From: Thalia democratica
Lineage: Eukaryota
Direction: 5' to 3'
Length of the DNA stretch: 64,000 nt
Assembly (NCBI GenBank): GCA_965202585.1
Contig: OZ241830.1
Coordinates: 69,998,001 to 70,062,000, forward strand
In this document: in pieces, positions 11,801 through 25,410 of the stretch
How positions within the stretch are numbered: position 1 is the stretch's first letter
Layout of the letters: each line of letters starts with the position of its first letter
Notes under the pieces: model-generated
Told to the model about the DNA's origin: nothing
Database searches by the model: none
What the model saw: the letters and a program-made list of their open reading frames with translations, nothing else
Translations under genes and position numbers: made by a program

Positions 11801-13853
11801 AGTAAAAAGTATTTTCTCTTCACTTTTGATAAAAATCATTTTCTTTAACAAGTTTGGTTCCGACTTTATTTTATACGATGTAGAATCTAATTATGTTTAA
11901 ATAAAGCTTTTTAATTGAAAATGCATAAATTAACTACGTTTTTTATTTTTCTTTAAATAGTATATGCATAGAACTAAATACTTGATAAAATACTATTTAA
12001 GTAGTTTGTTATACTAAACATTTTTGTACCATTTTTTCTATTTGTATACTTTTTAAAAATTTGCAAGTGACATCTTGTATTTTATCTTTTTAATTTAAAC
12101 TTAAGAATGGCATACAAAATTCAGCTTATCACATCAGCAAACTACTTCAGTAAGCTCTCAGGTATACAAAGTAGTATAAAAAGGTATAAAACAAATATTA
12201 AAATGTTTCAATTATCAAGTTTAGTTTTGTTACCTACCTGTTGTTGATGATGGCGTATTTTGCTGAAAATTTTTTTAAAAAAGTTTGCACTTTTAACTAA
12301 TAATTTAAACAATTAATAGTTTTAAAATGATTTTATAAATCAAACGTTTTTCTCATTTTTTAATTTGTCTTTGTAACAAAGCGTTTTTTTCAAATCAGTT
12401 TATTAATTAATGTAAGTGAAACTACTTTTTTATGGGTAATTTATATATAGTTTTGATAACATTGCTTTCATTGTTTACATAAGCTTTTATGGTTTTTTTA
12501 TGTATAACCATTTTAATAATACTTTGAGCTAAAACTACATTTTTTGATTCAAACTGATATAAGAAATAAAGTTTTAACTTACTAAATTAAAAAAAAATAA
12601 TTTCTTAACAGTTAATTTATAAAAAGTCAATGTTAATTATTACCGGTGTCGTATCTGAAAAAAAATATTGAAAATAAGTTAATCTGCATAGGAAACTTCA
12701 TTATAAATTTTAGAGTCTAGTTGTGTACGAAATCAGGTGATGAGATTTAAACTAAAATAACAAAATACTAAACCCGATTAGTTTTCCAAAAATGACGTTA
12801 TATTAACAAGTGGATTATTACGTAACAAAAGTGTTGCGTGTCTCTGGAAATCAGCAAATAAAGATCGATAAACGTGAAGAAGATAATTTTTATCGATTTG
12901 AAAAGCATTCCATCGATATTTTATTGCACAGTAAAACGAACTATCTAAAAATTGCGAGAGTTTTGATGAGCTTAATTGTTGTAGTGCCACTACTTATAAA
13001 AGGCGGAATGTTTTGCTTTTTTTTCTAAAACTTTCTAATACTTAAATATTTTAAATATTTTCAACAATGCATATAAAGTATGTCAACTGTTTTATAACCT
13101 TTGATTAAAAACAATACTTTAAATATCCAGAAAAAATTGTCTAACTCAAATGACGGACCTAAAGCGACAAACCAAAATGACAATGGTCCAGGACAAACTT
13201 CTTTGCAGTCCACGGACATCTACATAGACCAATCAAATTGTAAGCATCGACAGCAACCGGCTTGGAAAGCGCTGAGTGATTTCGCATTGCAGAGCGAAAT
13301 TGAAAAACCCCCGTTTCCGCAGCTGGTAAGTATTTGTTTTGAAATTGTTTCAAACATAAAAGTAGTTAAAATACTTTAAGTAACTAAAACTATTTTTGTT
13401 ATTTTTTTAAGTTTATATCTAGCTGTTTTAATAAGTGTAATTGAACTTTTTGTAATAATGTCGCACTACTGTTTAAATTAATTCTTATCATATTAAAAGA
13501 ATTTATTTCTTGAAAATGTCTTAGATTCTGTTTTTTTACTTGTTTTTATTTGATTTCTGTCAAATGCTACTTATTATTTCAAAATGTATGGTGTTCAATG
13601 AAACAAATTTTTTTCAAAATCTAATTTTAATTTGTGATTACATTACTGTTTCTTATTGTTAACTTGTTATTTTAATATAATTATACCATCATTTTTTAAG
13701 GTCAACAACTTCTCTGATCAGACTCCCTCTTCAATGTCTGATTGTTCGGAGGTTTGCAGCATCCCCTCCGTATCCTCCCACAACTACGATCTCTCCACAA
13801 TCTCCTGCTCCAATTATCTTCACAACGATTCCTCACAAACCATTTGCAGCTAG
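2608..13853 (+). CDS. Isl: Islet-class LIM-homeodomain transcription factor, copy 1 (complete 7-exon model, 477 aa)
   Basis: join(2608-2896,3399-3582,7473-7571,7817-7944,9724-10109,13131-13325,13701-13853) = 1434 nt with consistent phases 1,2,2,1,0,0. Encodes two LIM domains with all Zn ligands, homeodomain [14 protein letters not shown]...[16 protein letters not shown], and the Islet-specific [14 protein letters not shown]...QL|VN motif. Confidence 0.9.
3399..3582 (+). CDS. Isl: Islet copy 1 exon 2 (LIM1)
   Basis: TTTAG acceptor and CA|GTTTGT donor; CMGC..H..C..C..C..C..D pattern; 184 nt in all three copies. Confidence 0.92.
4028..4082. promoter_or_regulatory. Intron-2 CNE-a (also 31015-31069, 57218-57272)
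   Basis: TTCGCTTGTTGACCTAATAAACTGTCGG(T/C)TCGATTAACTCACATGTCA is almost invariant in all three copies. Confidence 0.65.
5758..5920. promoter_or_regulatory. Intron-2 CNE-c with tandem CRE sites (5791-5798, 5807-5814); paralog 32854-33015
   Basis: Conserved in copies 1 and 2; two TGACGTCA palindromes in copy 1, one retained in copy 2. Confidence 0.55.
6145..6265. promoter_or_regulatory. Intron-2 CNE-d (also 33245-33370, 60960-61088)
   Basis: AAGTAACAGG..AAAATACAAGAAATTGTGGTTTTTGTC..GAGACAG(T/C)CGACATATGTTATCGA is conserved in three copies. Confidence 0.65.
6540..6825. promoter_or_regulatory. Intron-2 CNE-e (also 33640-33925, 61352-61630)
   Basis: Long three-way conserved block with ACGTCATAAT motifs; contains the micro-ORF described in the findings. 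Confidence 0.6.
7473..7571 (+). CDS. Isl: Islet copy 1 exon 3 (LIM2, first half)
   Basis: TTTTCAG acceptor; LFAPKCAKC...YHVRCFR; donor reads AG|GCTAGT (GC) versus GTTAGT in copies 2 and 3. Confidence 0.85.
7817..7944 (+). CDS. Isl: Islet copy 1 exon 4 (LIM2, second half)
   Basis: AAACAG acceptor and G|GTAAGC donor; CYAC..QLIPGD..YC..D; 128 nt in all copies. Confidence 0.9.
8310..8430. promoter_or_regulatory. Intron-4 CNE-f (also 35431-35560, 63355-63490)
   Basis: TAATGCATGAG..GCTAC(T/C)GTGCGATAATTGGATAATC..ACTTAACCTCGCA is conserved in three copies. Confidence 0.6.
9724..10109 (+). CDS. Isl: Islet copy 1 exon 5 (homeobox)
   Basis: TTTACAG acceptor; Islet-type homeodomain; donor CAG|GTTGGT. 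An alternative in-phase donor exists at 10056. Confidence 0.92.
10197..10998. mobile_element. Non-autonomous Tc1/mariner (Tigger/pogo-like) MITE, 802 bp
   Basis: 25-nt TIRs CAGTAACCTCTCGC-ttat/atct-TTACGCA, flanked by TA on both sides (10195-96, 10999-11000); absent at the homologous site of copy 2 (~37680). Confidence 0.8.
13131..13325 (+). CDS. Isl: Islet copy 1 exon 6 (Lhx3-binding-domain exon)
   Basis: ATCCAG acceptor and CTG|GTAAGT donor; [24 protein letters not shown] resembles the Isl1 [24 protein letters not shown] segment as I recall it. Confidence 0.88.
13701..13853 (+). CDS. Isl: Islet copy 1 exon 7 (terminal, Ser-rich)
   Basis: TTTTTTAAG acceptor; begins VNNFS, like the Isl1 last exon VNFS; ends at TAG. 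Confidence 0.8.
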   Translation, partial: VNNFSDQTPSSMSDCSEVCSIPSVSSHNYDLSTISCSNYLHNDSSQTICS

Positions 13854-15540
13854 TTGTGACGTCATAATATGAAAGATAAGCGGTGCTGGCACTGCATTAT
13901 TTGATTTGAACATTTTTTGGAACAATTTCATGAATCTTTTTTGCTCTTTTTGTTGTTTTGTTAGTTTCTACTTTTCATTAAACATCGTATACCGCTCTTT
14001 TTATGATAGTTTTATATTGTTTTATGATTAAATCGAGTAAAAGTAGACCTTTATCGAAATAACAAAAAGATACTTACTAGTTTAACTCATATCTTTTTGT
14101 TCGCTTACTGTTAAACTTTCTTAGAAACTAAAGCTTAAATGAATAAAGAAAATAAACAAAATATCACAAATCTGCTTGAAGATAAATTGAATTTTAGTTG
14201 TTCATCTACCTTTTTTACTTTTGAGCAAAATTGTTTAAATATATATTTTAACTTAAGCTTGTTTATGTTAATTTGTGCTTATATTTAAGAAAAATTATTT
14301 TAAGTACTATTTACTTTAGTTTCAACGAGTATTTTAAGACTAAATATATATGCTTAAATAATCTTTCATGCTAAACTTTTTGGATAGTGTTTTTAAAAGC
14401 TCTACTGAACATAAGACGTAAACATTGTTGTGAAAAAGAAAAAATGTTGTATTTTTAGATTAAATTTAAACTTTAACTAGAATTTATTTTTTGTTATTTT
14501 TTGTTTGATTATTTAAACTTAATATGTTTTGTTTTTAACAAAGATTCTAATTCATATGTGTTTTGATTATTAATTATAAAATGCAGTACAAAGTAAACAA
14601 CTTACAGTAAAATGACTCATCCTGTTTTTTATTCATTTTTGTTATAAACTTTTAAATAAATTAAACAAAAAATACTTTTGATATTTTCGTTTAATTTTCA
14701 GTAATTGTTAAGACCTGGTTTAGTTTAAAATTAGCTAAATTTTTAACTAACACGTTTAGGAACAAATACTTTACGATTTCAAAAAAAAAAAACTTTTTAT
14801 TCACGTGACACCCAACCTTGTTATCTTATTACAACTCATCTGTTTCAGTATTATACATATTGATTTTTAGACGTTGTAAAAAATATTAAATCATTTTAAT
14901 TAGAAACGTGTTGTTGCAAATTAACTGAATTTGTAGAAGCATCAAAATCGAAGCAGTTTTTTCAATTAAGTATAACTATGTTGTTTGTTTGTAGTTTTTA
15001 ATTTTACTCTACTATGCAATAAGACTAACTACTTAAAAAAATAACTATAACACATTTTTTTGTATCTAGATAAAGGTTTCCAAAACTATTTTACACTATC
15101 GCCAATTTATCAAAAGTTTAAAAATAATCGCGCCCTTAATTGGATATCGCCACTTTACTAGGTAACTACTCAGTTAGTTTTTGTTCACTTTACTCGTTAA
15201 AATCGCTCACTTTAGGAGACTGTTGTTTAATTACTAGTAGATTTTGAACAAAATTACAAAATTTTACTCAGATTTATTTTAATTATAAACTTTTAATCAT
15301 GATTGGGATTAAAATACTCAAAATAAAAAAAAAACTATATTTTATTTTTATAACATTTAAAGTATCCTTAGACAAAATTAAAACTTTTGTACAATATTAC
15401 AATGCCATCATAAGTTTACATAAGTTTGTTATATACTCGGAAATCCAGAAATATAGCTTCAAAACTAAACTTTCAAAGGGTGCCGATTTTAAATATTGTT
15501 ATGATTATTTTTGTTGAGAATTAATTAAACGATAAACCAT

Positions 15541-15710
15541 TACAAAGACTCTCATCTAGCACACAGGTGCATTGTTAGGCAACATAACTAATGACATCCG
15601 AATAATGATAACATGTGATCTCTGGAGCGAATAATAATTTATAATTTTACATTAAATTTTGAATGTGATATAAACGACTAAATCGCTCAGTTTCGATTCT
15701 GCAGCTGGCT
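15541..15710. promoter_or_regulatory. CNE between Islet and Kelch (paralog 39853-40025)
   Basis: Conserved island in otherwise poorly alignable sequence; stops in all three forward frames of unit 1. Confidence 0.5.
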
Positions 15711-18117
15711 TTTTTAGTTAAGGATCAATTGAAAAGTCGTTTGAGTTAAGATTAACAAAGTGTAAAAAATTTATACCTGAAATGTTTTTAAATAAAATTT
15801 CAATGAGAAAACAACATAAAAATAAATTGTAATTAGAAGTTTTTTAAATACAGCAAAACTATTATCAAGTTACTATATATCCACAGAAACTTTCATTTGC
15901 TTAAATTACACAAATTGGTATTTCAAAAAAAAAATAGTAAATCGTAATAGAGCTTGTACTTAAAGTTTTGAAATATATAATGACTTTCTAATTTATACTT
16001 ATAGTATAATGATTAATAGTACATAAACATATTATATTGACTTTAAAATGTTTAAAGTGAAGTTGTTTTAATATTGTAATCGAGCTTTAGTTTTTTAATT
16101 GAAGATACATGTAAGGCATTTATAAACAAGTGTTAACACCTTATAAAGTGTTTGAAACTTAGACTTTAGGCAGCTGATAGTACCAATTTTAAAGATAAAA
16201 AAACTAAGCGCAGACATAATCAATGGGGATAGTAAAAAAAATGGATAATATTAGTCTTCTTTTTTATTCTTTAAATAATTTAGATCGCTTGTTTCTATTG
16301 TTTCTTTATTCATAGCTAAATTACTGGTCATCTCTTGCGCTTATATTATTAAATTTATATTGAATTCAAAATTCTAAAGGATTTTTTTGTCATTAGAGCA
16401 TAAGATTGTTTTAGGGTTTGCGATAAACTAAGCATCAATCATTTTTTTTTTTCATGAAAACGTTTTTCGAAGTTTATAGGAAAACTTTGAGCTTTTAGTT
16501 TTTTATAGTTTAAATGTTTTAAACTACTTTATTTCTACAAAACAAACCAGCTAATTTTTCGTTTGAAAATTTAAAAAGTTTATCGATCAAATTAACAATC
16601 TAAAAACTAAGATATCAAAATAAAAACTTTTCTAGTTAATGTAATATAAGTTATTAAAACATACTTAAACTTTGTTATTTTATCATAGTATAATAGTTCA
16701 GTATATGAATCAAAATAAGCACAAAGCTTTACTTAAAAAAAGTGTAACAATAGTTAGAAGTTATTAGTAATTAAAATTGTTTTAAAAAAGTCGGGTTGCT
16801 AGTAGAGTACGAATAAAGTTATCGTTAAATGAACACGCGCTAAAGTAGATAGCATAGTTACATTTTAGAGATAAAAAAGGCTTAAGTACACAAAAGTCTT
16901 ACTCAAAAGCTCTGATTTATGTTATTTACAGCTAAAACAAATTAGCTTTACTTTTTACTCAACCATTTTGTTTTACGTTCATTTGTAATTTGTAATTCAA
17001 GTTCAATTTTTATATTTTATTAATCTCTGTAAAAAAATGTTGAAAATTAGTATATCATATATTGGTGTATGACAAAAGCAAAAGAAATTTATGAAATAAA
17101 CAAGTATTTTCTTGTTGTAGTTTATTAGAAAGCTTCTTTTCGTACTAAACTTAAAATTAAAATCTGTAAAAGGTCGCAATTTTAATTCAAATTGTAAAGT
17201 AAAGCAACTTTTATGTGCTTTTATTTTATACTTTAAGAAATTATTTAAAATGCATACATTATATTAAAATAATCTTAATTAAGTTAAGTAGTATAAAGTT
17301 TTTGTCTGTATCAAAAAAAAAAGTATTATTACTTTTTTTTTGGAGTAAGTAAACTTCTTTTGTTTATGTATGTTAAACTATCAAAACCTTAAAAAAGTAA
17401 AAGGCATATAATTATTTTAAGTTATTTGAGTAAGTTTAATAAGTTAGGAAAGAGTAGCTATATTTAAAATACGTTATTAATTTTTATAAAGGTTTAAATT
17501 ACCTTAAACTATAATGATAACTTAATCTAGTAATTGTTGTTGAAACATTTTTTTGATTTTTCAGCTCATGAAAATAGTTTAGGATACTAGTATTTACAAC
17601 TAATGAACAAAAAAAATTTTGTTTAACTTATAAAATATTCGATTTGTACTGCACTCAGTTTAGATAGTTTGAAAATTTTATAAGTAGTAGGCTGTTTTAA
17701 ATATGTAAGTATTAAGTTGATATATAACGTTTTCTACAAATACATAAATATTTTATTCTATGATTAAAAGGTTTTTATAAACATTTTTATTAAAATAACA
17801 CCAATAAATTTGGTGACAGATCTTTTGATAATCAACTAGTATATTATTAAAATTAAATATATCCTGAATATAATTTTAGTTTAATAAAACAAAACAGTTT
17901 AGTTATATTATTTTTTAAATCCTTTACTAAATTTAATAACTTAATTGATTTTAAAATAACATGTTAGGACAAAAAAAACTTTTTCAAATAAACTTAGTTG
18001 AATAAAAAATTTGAGTAGTTTTGTAACTGAAAAAGAGTATAAATTAGAAACATACGTAAAAGTTTACTTGTACAGTTTTGATTAATACTATATTTATTGT
18101 CAGTAATAAATAAAAAT

Positions 18118-19075
18118 ATGCTATCTAGTTTTAAAAAACTTAGAAGAAGTTAAAGTGATCAGTTTTCAGTTTTGTATCAAAACAGATATTGTGATCAGGA
18201 AGACTTTAATATTGCTGTGTTAAATAGTAAAATGTGTTGCGAAAGTAAATCAAACAACAGACCTTTTCTGTTGAACGACTTTAACACTAAAACGTACATT
18301 CCTAGTCTGCCTATACCTGAATACTGTCTTAAAGCTACTACTACTGGTTCTGATATTTTTGTGTTAGGTCGGCTTGAATATCGCAGTTCGTCAACCTTTA
18401 TAAAGTATTCTTCTTTTACAAGAACCTTGGAAAAATTACCTTTATTAAAGAATTATGTCCACCTTACTACGTTTGTGCCTTTATGCAAAAGGTGTTTGTT
18501 ATCTGTGGAACTAGTTACAACAGCTATTGTATGTTTTATGATAATCAACGTGATCAATGGACTTCTGCCGATTTTATGATAGAAAGTAGGGAAGAGGCAG
18601 CTTGTACAGTTTTTGAAGGCAAAATAGTTGTTTCAGGAGGTTTAAGAACAGTAGTTCCAGACGGTAGGTCAGTTTGTATAGCACGTGTTCGCTTTAAATA
18701 TTTCAAATCAATCGAAGCTTATGACTTTCATGAAAATAAATGGTCCCGTTTTCCTAACATGCTATCACCGAGAAGCAATCATGCTGCTATTAGTATTGGC
18801 AATAAACTGTTTATGATTGGAGGTTGTAGTGACTACTTTGAAGTATTAGATAGCGTCACAAGAAAGTTTACGTATATTGAAAATATTCCAAAATTTGCAT
18901 GGAGTCCAGATTGCCAAATAGTCAACATTGGTTATAAGATTTATTTCTTCCGAAAACAAAACAAGAAAATCAATTCACTCAGTTATGATTTAAAAACAAT
19001 AATTTCAGCTACAAAACCTCGATAGAACTAGAAAATTTTGATAAAATTAGCTGCATTAAGGTCCCAATAATTTAA
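18118..19075 (+). pseudogene. Kelch-repeat protein pseudogene (paralog of 41770-42741)
   Basis: Collinear with the intact unit-2 ORF from ATG to KVPII*, but with TTA>TAA at 18151, a 1-nt deletion near 18450 and a second 1-nt deletion near 18995. Confidence 0.8.
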
Positions 19076-20654
19076 AAGTACATTTGAATTTAAAGTACTT
19101 TTTTGATAATTATAACTTAAGTTTCAAGGCTGGTCTCAATAGATTAATGTTTTTCGTTGTTTTTAAATTCTTTCTTAGTTTGTATGCAATTAAAGAATTT
19201 TCGTTTACAGCTCCGTAACTTAAAAATTGTAACATAACCAATAAAAATTCAAGTATATTTTAGCTATTTATTGTTAACCTCTAGGTGTAACTGAAGTATC
19301 ATGTAATAAAAGTAATACATACTCACATTTTTTCTTAGCTTTTTGCACTATGTATTAGGAAGGATACGATAAAATTAACTTAAGTAATACCTTTACAAAT
19401 ATTAAATTATAAATAGAGTTTAGGTTTTTAAATAATTTGCTTATCGACTGTTGCTAAATTTTATTTGAAAAAGGAGTTTTTCTGCATAAAATTTTGTTTG
19501 ATTTAAATTTATAAATTGAATAGATAACGGCTTTTGACCTGAAAAAAAATATATTGAATGGTAAAATACATCCAATTCTTCTTATAATTAATATTATTCT
19601 TTTTCCTTTAAATAGCTCTTTAAATATCAAAATGTATTTAAAATACTCGTTAAAACTTTTAAAGTTTTTAAAGAAGTTTTTGCTAGTATAATTTTGTATT
19701 ATAGATTGCCTTATCTAACAACATAATTCTATTCGTAATAAGTATTTTTCTTCTTTTAAATGTCACTAATATTCTAGACAAAAACGCCATATACTAATTA
19801 TAAAAATATAGGTGGATTGTTTATACAATATTTGTAAACAAAGTTTGGACATCTTTCATTTGTACTCATTTTGTTTTCAAAAACTCATGTGGTGATACAT
19901 ATGGCCGATTTTGTCAGAAAAAAATATTACCTTGAAAATCATATTACAAAATTTAAGCACCATTATCATACAACTTATTATTATATTATAAACAGAATAC
20001 TTTAAAAATACAAACATAATTTTGATTAAAACTTTTTATCAAATAAAATAGTGAATAAATGAATTATATATTTAAAAACTTGTTAAGTCTTAAAAATTTC
20101 TATACAATAAAGTTTGAAAATTACAAGTGTTTTTAGACAAATATAATCTACAATTAAAGCCTTGAATTTATTTTACCTATTCCTATGAGTAATAATTTTA
20201 ATTTGTTTATAACAGTTTGTACAATTTAGTTTTACTTATCTTCAAACAAATTGTATTATAAAGCATTCAAATGTTTATTTAAGTTAAACTTTATTTTTTT
20301 TCTTTAGTACACTAAAACTTAGTATAAGTTCTTATAAAATTAGTACTATAAAATTATGCATCAGCACTATATTTAAAAGTGATTGAAAGTTTTTAAGTAA
20401 TTAAATATATCTTGGTTTTATTAAACCTTTTTATTGTTTTTTTTTATTTCAATCGTTTTTCTGTATGTTTCTACAAATTAAATAATTAGCCTAGTTTTTA
20501 TGAAAATAGCTTTGTTTTGTATTAACTATCTTTTCTGTTTCAAAAATTTTAATCTTTAAACTTTTCACGACTCTATTTTTCCATACTTTTCAGATATTTT
20601 AATTTTCACAAGATAGCGAACGAAGCCATACAAACCACACTTTGTATTAGACAG

Positions 20655-20815
20655 TAATTATGAATCCGCAAAAAGCAAACAGAATACATTAACGCTTTTA
20701 ATTACATGCGAGTCGATATGTTGCTTAGTGATATGTTGCTTAGTAACCGCAATGCTCGTTGCCATGCAAAATTACAAATGCGGCTATCACCATGAAATTT
20801 TGTTCGCTTGATCAA
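20655..20815. promoter_or_regulatory. Intergenic CNE with X-box GTTGCTTAGTAAC (20735-20747); paralog 44962-45125
   Basis: Highly conserved between units 1 and 2; short direct repeat GATATGTTGCTTAGT x2. Confidence 0.6.
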
Positions 20816-22949
20816 GCTTTAATGCAATATAAGATTTTATTATTTATCTCAACCAGTTTGCTTTTTAATATTAATTTTGTAACACTTTATTTTGTTTTGT
20901 TACATGAAGCAATACGGCTATAAATTTTCTGTCAAACATCTGAAGTCTGCATTAATCTTACCAAAAAGTTTACTTATTTTTGTGATTTTGTGTTGAAACA
21001 TGCACGTTAATTTTAAAATTTTTTATTGAAAATGTTTCTATCGACTTAGTTTAACCTTAACAATTTATATAAAACTTCTTGTTTTAAAAGTATTTTGTAG
21101 AATTGTGCCAACTCTCATGAATAAACAACTGATATAGCAGCAAGTAATTGACAAAGTTAATTTTATAAAAACCGTAATTTATATTTAGATTAAAACCCTT
21201 AAAGTCGTTCAAATTTTCTGGAGAGTTGAGACTTAGATAGTAAAAAGGTTGTTATAACTGAAAATTTTGTAACTAAAATGTTTAAATATAAATTCAACTA
21301 GCTACGTAGTCGACTAACTTAAACACTTTAATAAAAATCTTAAGTATAAATAATTTATAACTGTTTGAAAACACTTTTATTTACGTTTAAGCTTAAAAAA
21401 AGACTTATTATGTTGTATTATTATATTGCTAAATGTTTTTAATTAGGAATAAATAGTTGTATTTGTCTGAAGTTTTTTTATAAATAGTTTACAAATACTT
21501 TTTTTCTGTCATAAATTTCAATAAGATTAAATGTGATTTTATGATGTTTATAAGAAAAATTTTCAATGTTTATCTTTTAAAACATCTACACAAACTTCAT
21601 TAAAAGAAAAACTGCGTTTAAACGTATGTATTGTCAAGATTACTGTAGTTTTTAGCATTCAGTACTTTACTACAATCAGAATAAACTTCATATGTTTTAG
21701 TAAGGAATTAATGAAAAATAAATACAAAATACCGACCCAAAAACACTGCATAAATCAATTTTGATCTTAAGATCTGTACAAGCATTAAACGTATCTTCTA
21801 AACTTAAAAAACTATTTTTGATTTAACCTTACGTTAAAATATTTATCTTGCGCTTATCAGTCGCCTTCTTAGACATTTAAACTATACATTGTGGAAGCAA
21901 AAAAGCGTGGCGCCAATTAATTTTTAATGAAGACAGTTTGTCCTTTTGTTGAGGCATAAATCTTCAAAGCATCACAACAGAAGAGTCTAAGACGACACCT
22001 GATACGAAACTCATGCAATTTCAAGGGTAGAAAACTTTGTTAACACTTTTAGATTTGTTATTCTAGCTGCTATTGTGATTACTTGCTGTGCATTTGATAA
22101 TAGAAGTATGTGCTTGTTCAAATTAAGATGAACAAAAACACATACATTTTTTCTTCATTAATTTTGTTTAAGTATTTAAAACAAACAATTTAAATTCTTT
22201 AGAACGAATTCTCAAATGGTGTTTAAATACTACCTCTAGTATAACCCGTAAAACCACATCGTCAAAAACTAACGGACATATTTTACGTTAAATACTTTAA
22301 TCATCGTAAGTTTACTGAAGGTTAGCAGTGAAATCGAGATCTTCGTGTTTTTATTTCATGGTTTTACTTTAGAACAAGCTTTTGTCATAGTTGAATCTGT
22401 TGTAACAGTGTGTCTTAAATAATTGTTAAATAAATATTTATGACAAAATGCGTTTGATGCAATTTTTCTTGTAACACTCAAAACAGCCGCTAGTGAGGCG
22501 ACAAGGAGCTGTAACTAAGCGAACCGAGAAAGAAAAAAATGAGAAGGAGATAAAAAATTTCAGCAAACTTTTTATCGTTACTGCTGCGTTCAGGTTTTTG
22601 TTAGAAGCGCAAAAGACAAAAAATAGAGTAAAAGCTAGTAAGTGTTTGATTTATTGACTAAAGAAATTAAACTACTCTAAGTTTTTTTAAATGTTAGACG
22701 TTTTGTTTAAAGCAGTAGCTTTATTGATTTTTTATTTATTTAAAGCTGCACACAAAAAAAACTTTAACAATTTTATTTGTTTTTTTATCACATGTGAGGA
22801 TCAATGGTCATATTTTGATTAAAAAAATGTTTAAAAACTAAAAAGCTCGTTTTTTTTTGTGTTTCATGGGAAAATGATTTATTATTTATACGTTTAAACT
22901 CTCACCATAGCCTTTTCAAACTCGACTTTGCAGCGCTACAACAGCTGTA

Positions 22950-23110
22950 TGTGTGAAAATTTCGTACATAAAAGAAATACACGCGGAATATCACACCTCA
23001 TAGAATTTGTTGTGTAAATACAAATTAAACAGCGGCTTCAACTTAATCAAGCGTTGAAATATGTGGTCACGTAATATAGAAAAAGAGGTTAGGTGATGAT
23101 ATTTTTGAAA
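22950..23110. promoter_or_regulatory. Intergenic CNE (paralog 48520-48665)
   Basis: TTTCGTACATAAAAG..ACACCTCATAGAATTTGTTGTGTAAATA..CAAGCGTTGAAATATGTG is conserved. Confidence 0.55.
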
Positions 23111-25084
23111 TGATATAAAACCCTGAACAGCTGAACAGAGGCTTTTAAGTTTAATTCTATGGAACAGGTTTATAAGTTCTCACACTTGATTTAGTATTTG
23201 ATGTATCAACTAGACACCTGACTTGAATACTTAATTGTTGATTTTATTGATTTGTACAGGAATGGCAAAGTTGTGCTGTTCTCTGCGGTTTCTGTTTAAT
23301 CAAGATACTTAACATGTAAATATTTATACACTTAACTAACATGCAGATTTGAAATATCTGCTTTCAAAAGTAAGTTGTATAGAATTATCAGTTAATTTTA
23401 ACTCAAAATACTATGCTAAACAAAAAGCTAAAGTTTAAAAGTATTTTAACTCTTACACTGAGATACTTTTTTTTAAATAAAACAGTAACTACGTAACCAT
23501 CTACAAAATAGCAAAACTAGTGTGTAATTTACTAGATTTATAGTTTGATGAACAATCTATGCAATATTTATTTATCTTGAATCATAAACTCAAATATAAA
23601 CAAAAAATCGATTGATACAAAAATAATGAATAGAATAATAAAAACCATGTAGTGTTTTAATAATAATGCTGTCCATAATTACAAAATTTTTGTTTGTGTT
23701 TCTACTAGTTTATTACTCTCTCTTGTAAAGTTCTTCTTAGTTGATAAAATGTTGACAGGACTACAATGATATTGACTAGATACGGTCCTTGTTTGTAATT
23801 AGGCGAAGAAGAAATGTTTATTTGTTTTTATTTAATTCGCAGTTTATTAAAGTTTTCTGTGTTTTTTATAAACGCTCACAGGTCAAAATTATTTCGTATG
23901 CTCTTTACAGAAAAAACTAATGTTGGTTTTGAAGGTAACGCAAACTTATTTTTTTATCAAGACAACACGGTGGCGACAGTTTAACACTTTCTAAAAATGT
24001 TTTTTTTCAAATGTTTCTGAATTTTATGTTTTCTTGTGGAAACATAAAAAGCGCGTATAAAATCGATTAAACACTCTGCTTTGATTTATCAGTACATGTT
24101 ATCATGTTTAAACAAAAAACTGCCTGTTGATCCAACGAATGCTGTGAGCGCGTTTGTGTAATGATTAAATGAAAAAGAAAAAAAAAACGGATTCCAACCA
24201 AATATTTGATTACAGAAAGTGTTTGACTGTAAAACTGGTTAAACTATTATTAACAATGCAGTTTGTAATGTGATGGGTTTTACCTGTATGTATCACTATG
24301 ACAGTTCAGTTTTGAAACACAAGTAAAAATAAGCTCTTAAAGGATAAGATCAATCTATGCTTTTGTGGCAACAGCTTAAAATAATCAAAACTTTCTTTTC
24401 TAAGGAAGAAAAATAGGTGTTGGAAAAATAATTAATTAGCTTTTCAGTAACTAATTGATCCGTATTGAAAGTTATAAGAAGTTATAAATACTTCAGCAAC
24501 ATTAGTTTGATTAAGTTAATTTAATTAAGTTACTTAAATTTTTAGTTTTACTTTCACTGTAAGATAAAAGTAGTCACACTTAAAACATAAATATTATAAA
24601 AAAAAAGTGCATTATCTTAAAATACAATTAAATAGGTGTACATATATAAAAGAATTGTATATATAATTGTAAATGCAATTAAAAAAACCTTTACACCCTG
24701 GTGTTAAAACTTACAGTTTACTTTGTAATTTACAATTATTACATGAATTTATTAAAAAAAATAACACAAAACATTTGCTATGTATTGTTCGAATATTTGT
24801 GTTATTGTTTAAAAAATCATTTTCTTACAAAAATTGTATCACAAATAACATAAACCTAAGTATTTATGCTTTATAAATTTATTCTTTTTGAGTTTAATAG
24901 AAAAGTAGGTTTAGAAGTAAGCGTATGGACAGCACTGTATAGTTTAAATCAAACAACTTGAAAAGCTAATATTAAAAATAGAATCTTTAATTTGTTATAG
25001 GATTAAAAGCAATGAAAAGAATACAAAACAGATCAAAACAAGTTTGCATATTAACATTAATGACAAGTTGGCAAGTTAAAATGC

Positions 25085-25410
25085 AAAACAGACATTTTAG
25101 TTACATTTTACACGTGTTTTCATTCAAACGTCCGGACCATCAAACATCAATCAATTTTACGTCAGAATCGCAAACGAAAATAGAAAGCGACGTTATTACG
25201 TCATAGAGTGTACAGTTTTCGATCTGTAGCAAAATAAGTTTGTGGCTTTTTTGTTTACTTCTGCTTTGTTCTAAAGCATTCTTAGCAAAGTGTTATTCTG
25301 CCGATTACGCTTCAAACTTTTATAGAAATTCTGCAAGCTTTGCTAGTTGTCATTCGTGTCTAGAAAGATTCAGCTGTCTCGATTTAAATCGTATCATTTT
25401 TATGCGGACT
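25085..25410. promoter_or_regulatory. Intergenic CNE cluster (paralog 50738-51050)
   Basis: TTATTACGTCATAGAGTGTA and GTGTCTAGAAAGATTCAGCTGTCTCGATTT are shared by units 1 and 2. Confidence 0.5.

Noticed and set aside
14142-14147. AATAAA as Islet poly(A) signal
   Set aside because: The hexamer is ubiquitous in this AT-rich DNA and cannot be singled out.
22486-22670. Possible coding exon in the conserved block (paralog ~48010-48130)
   Set aside because: Frames diverge and stop differently between units, substitutions are mostly nonsynonymous, and there is no splice support.
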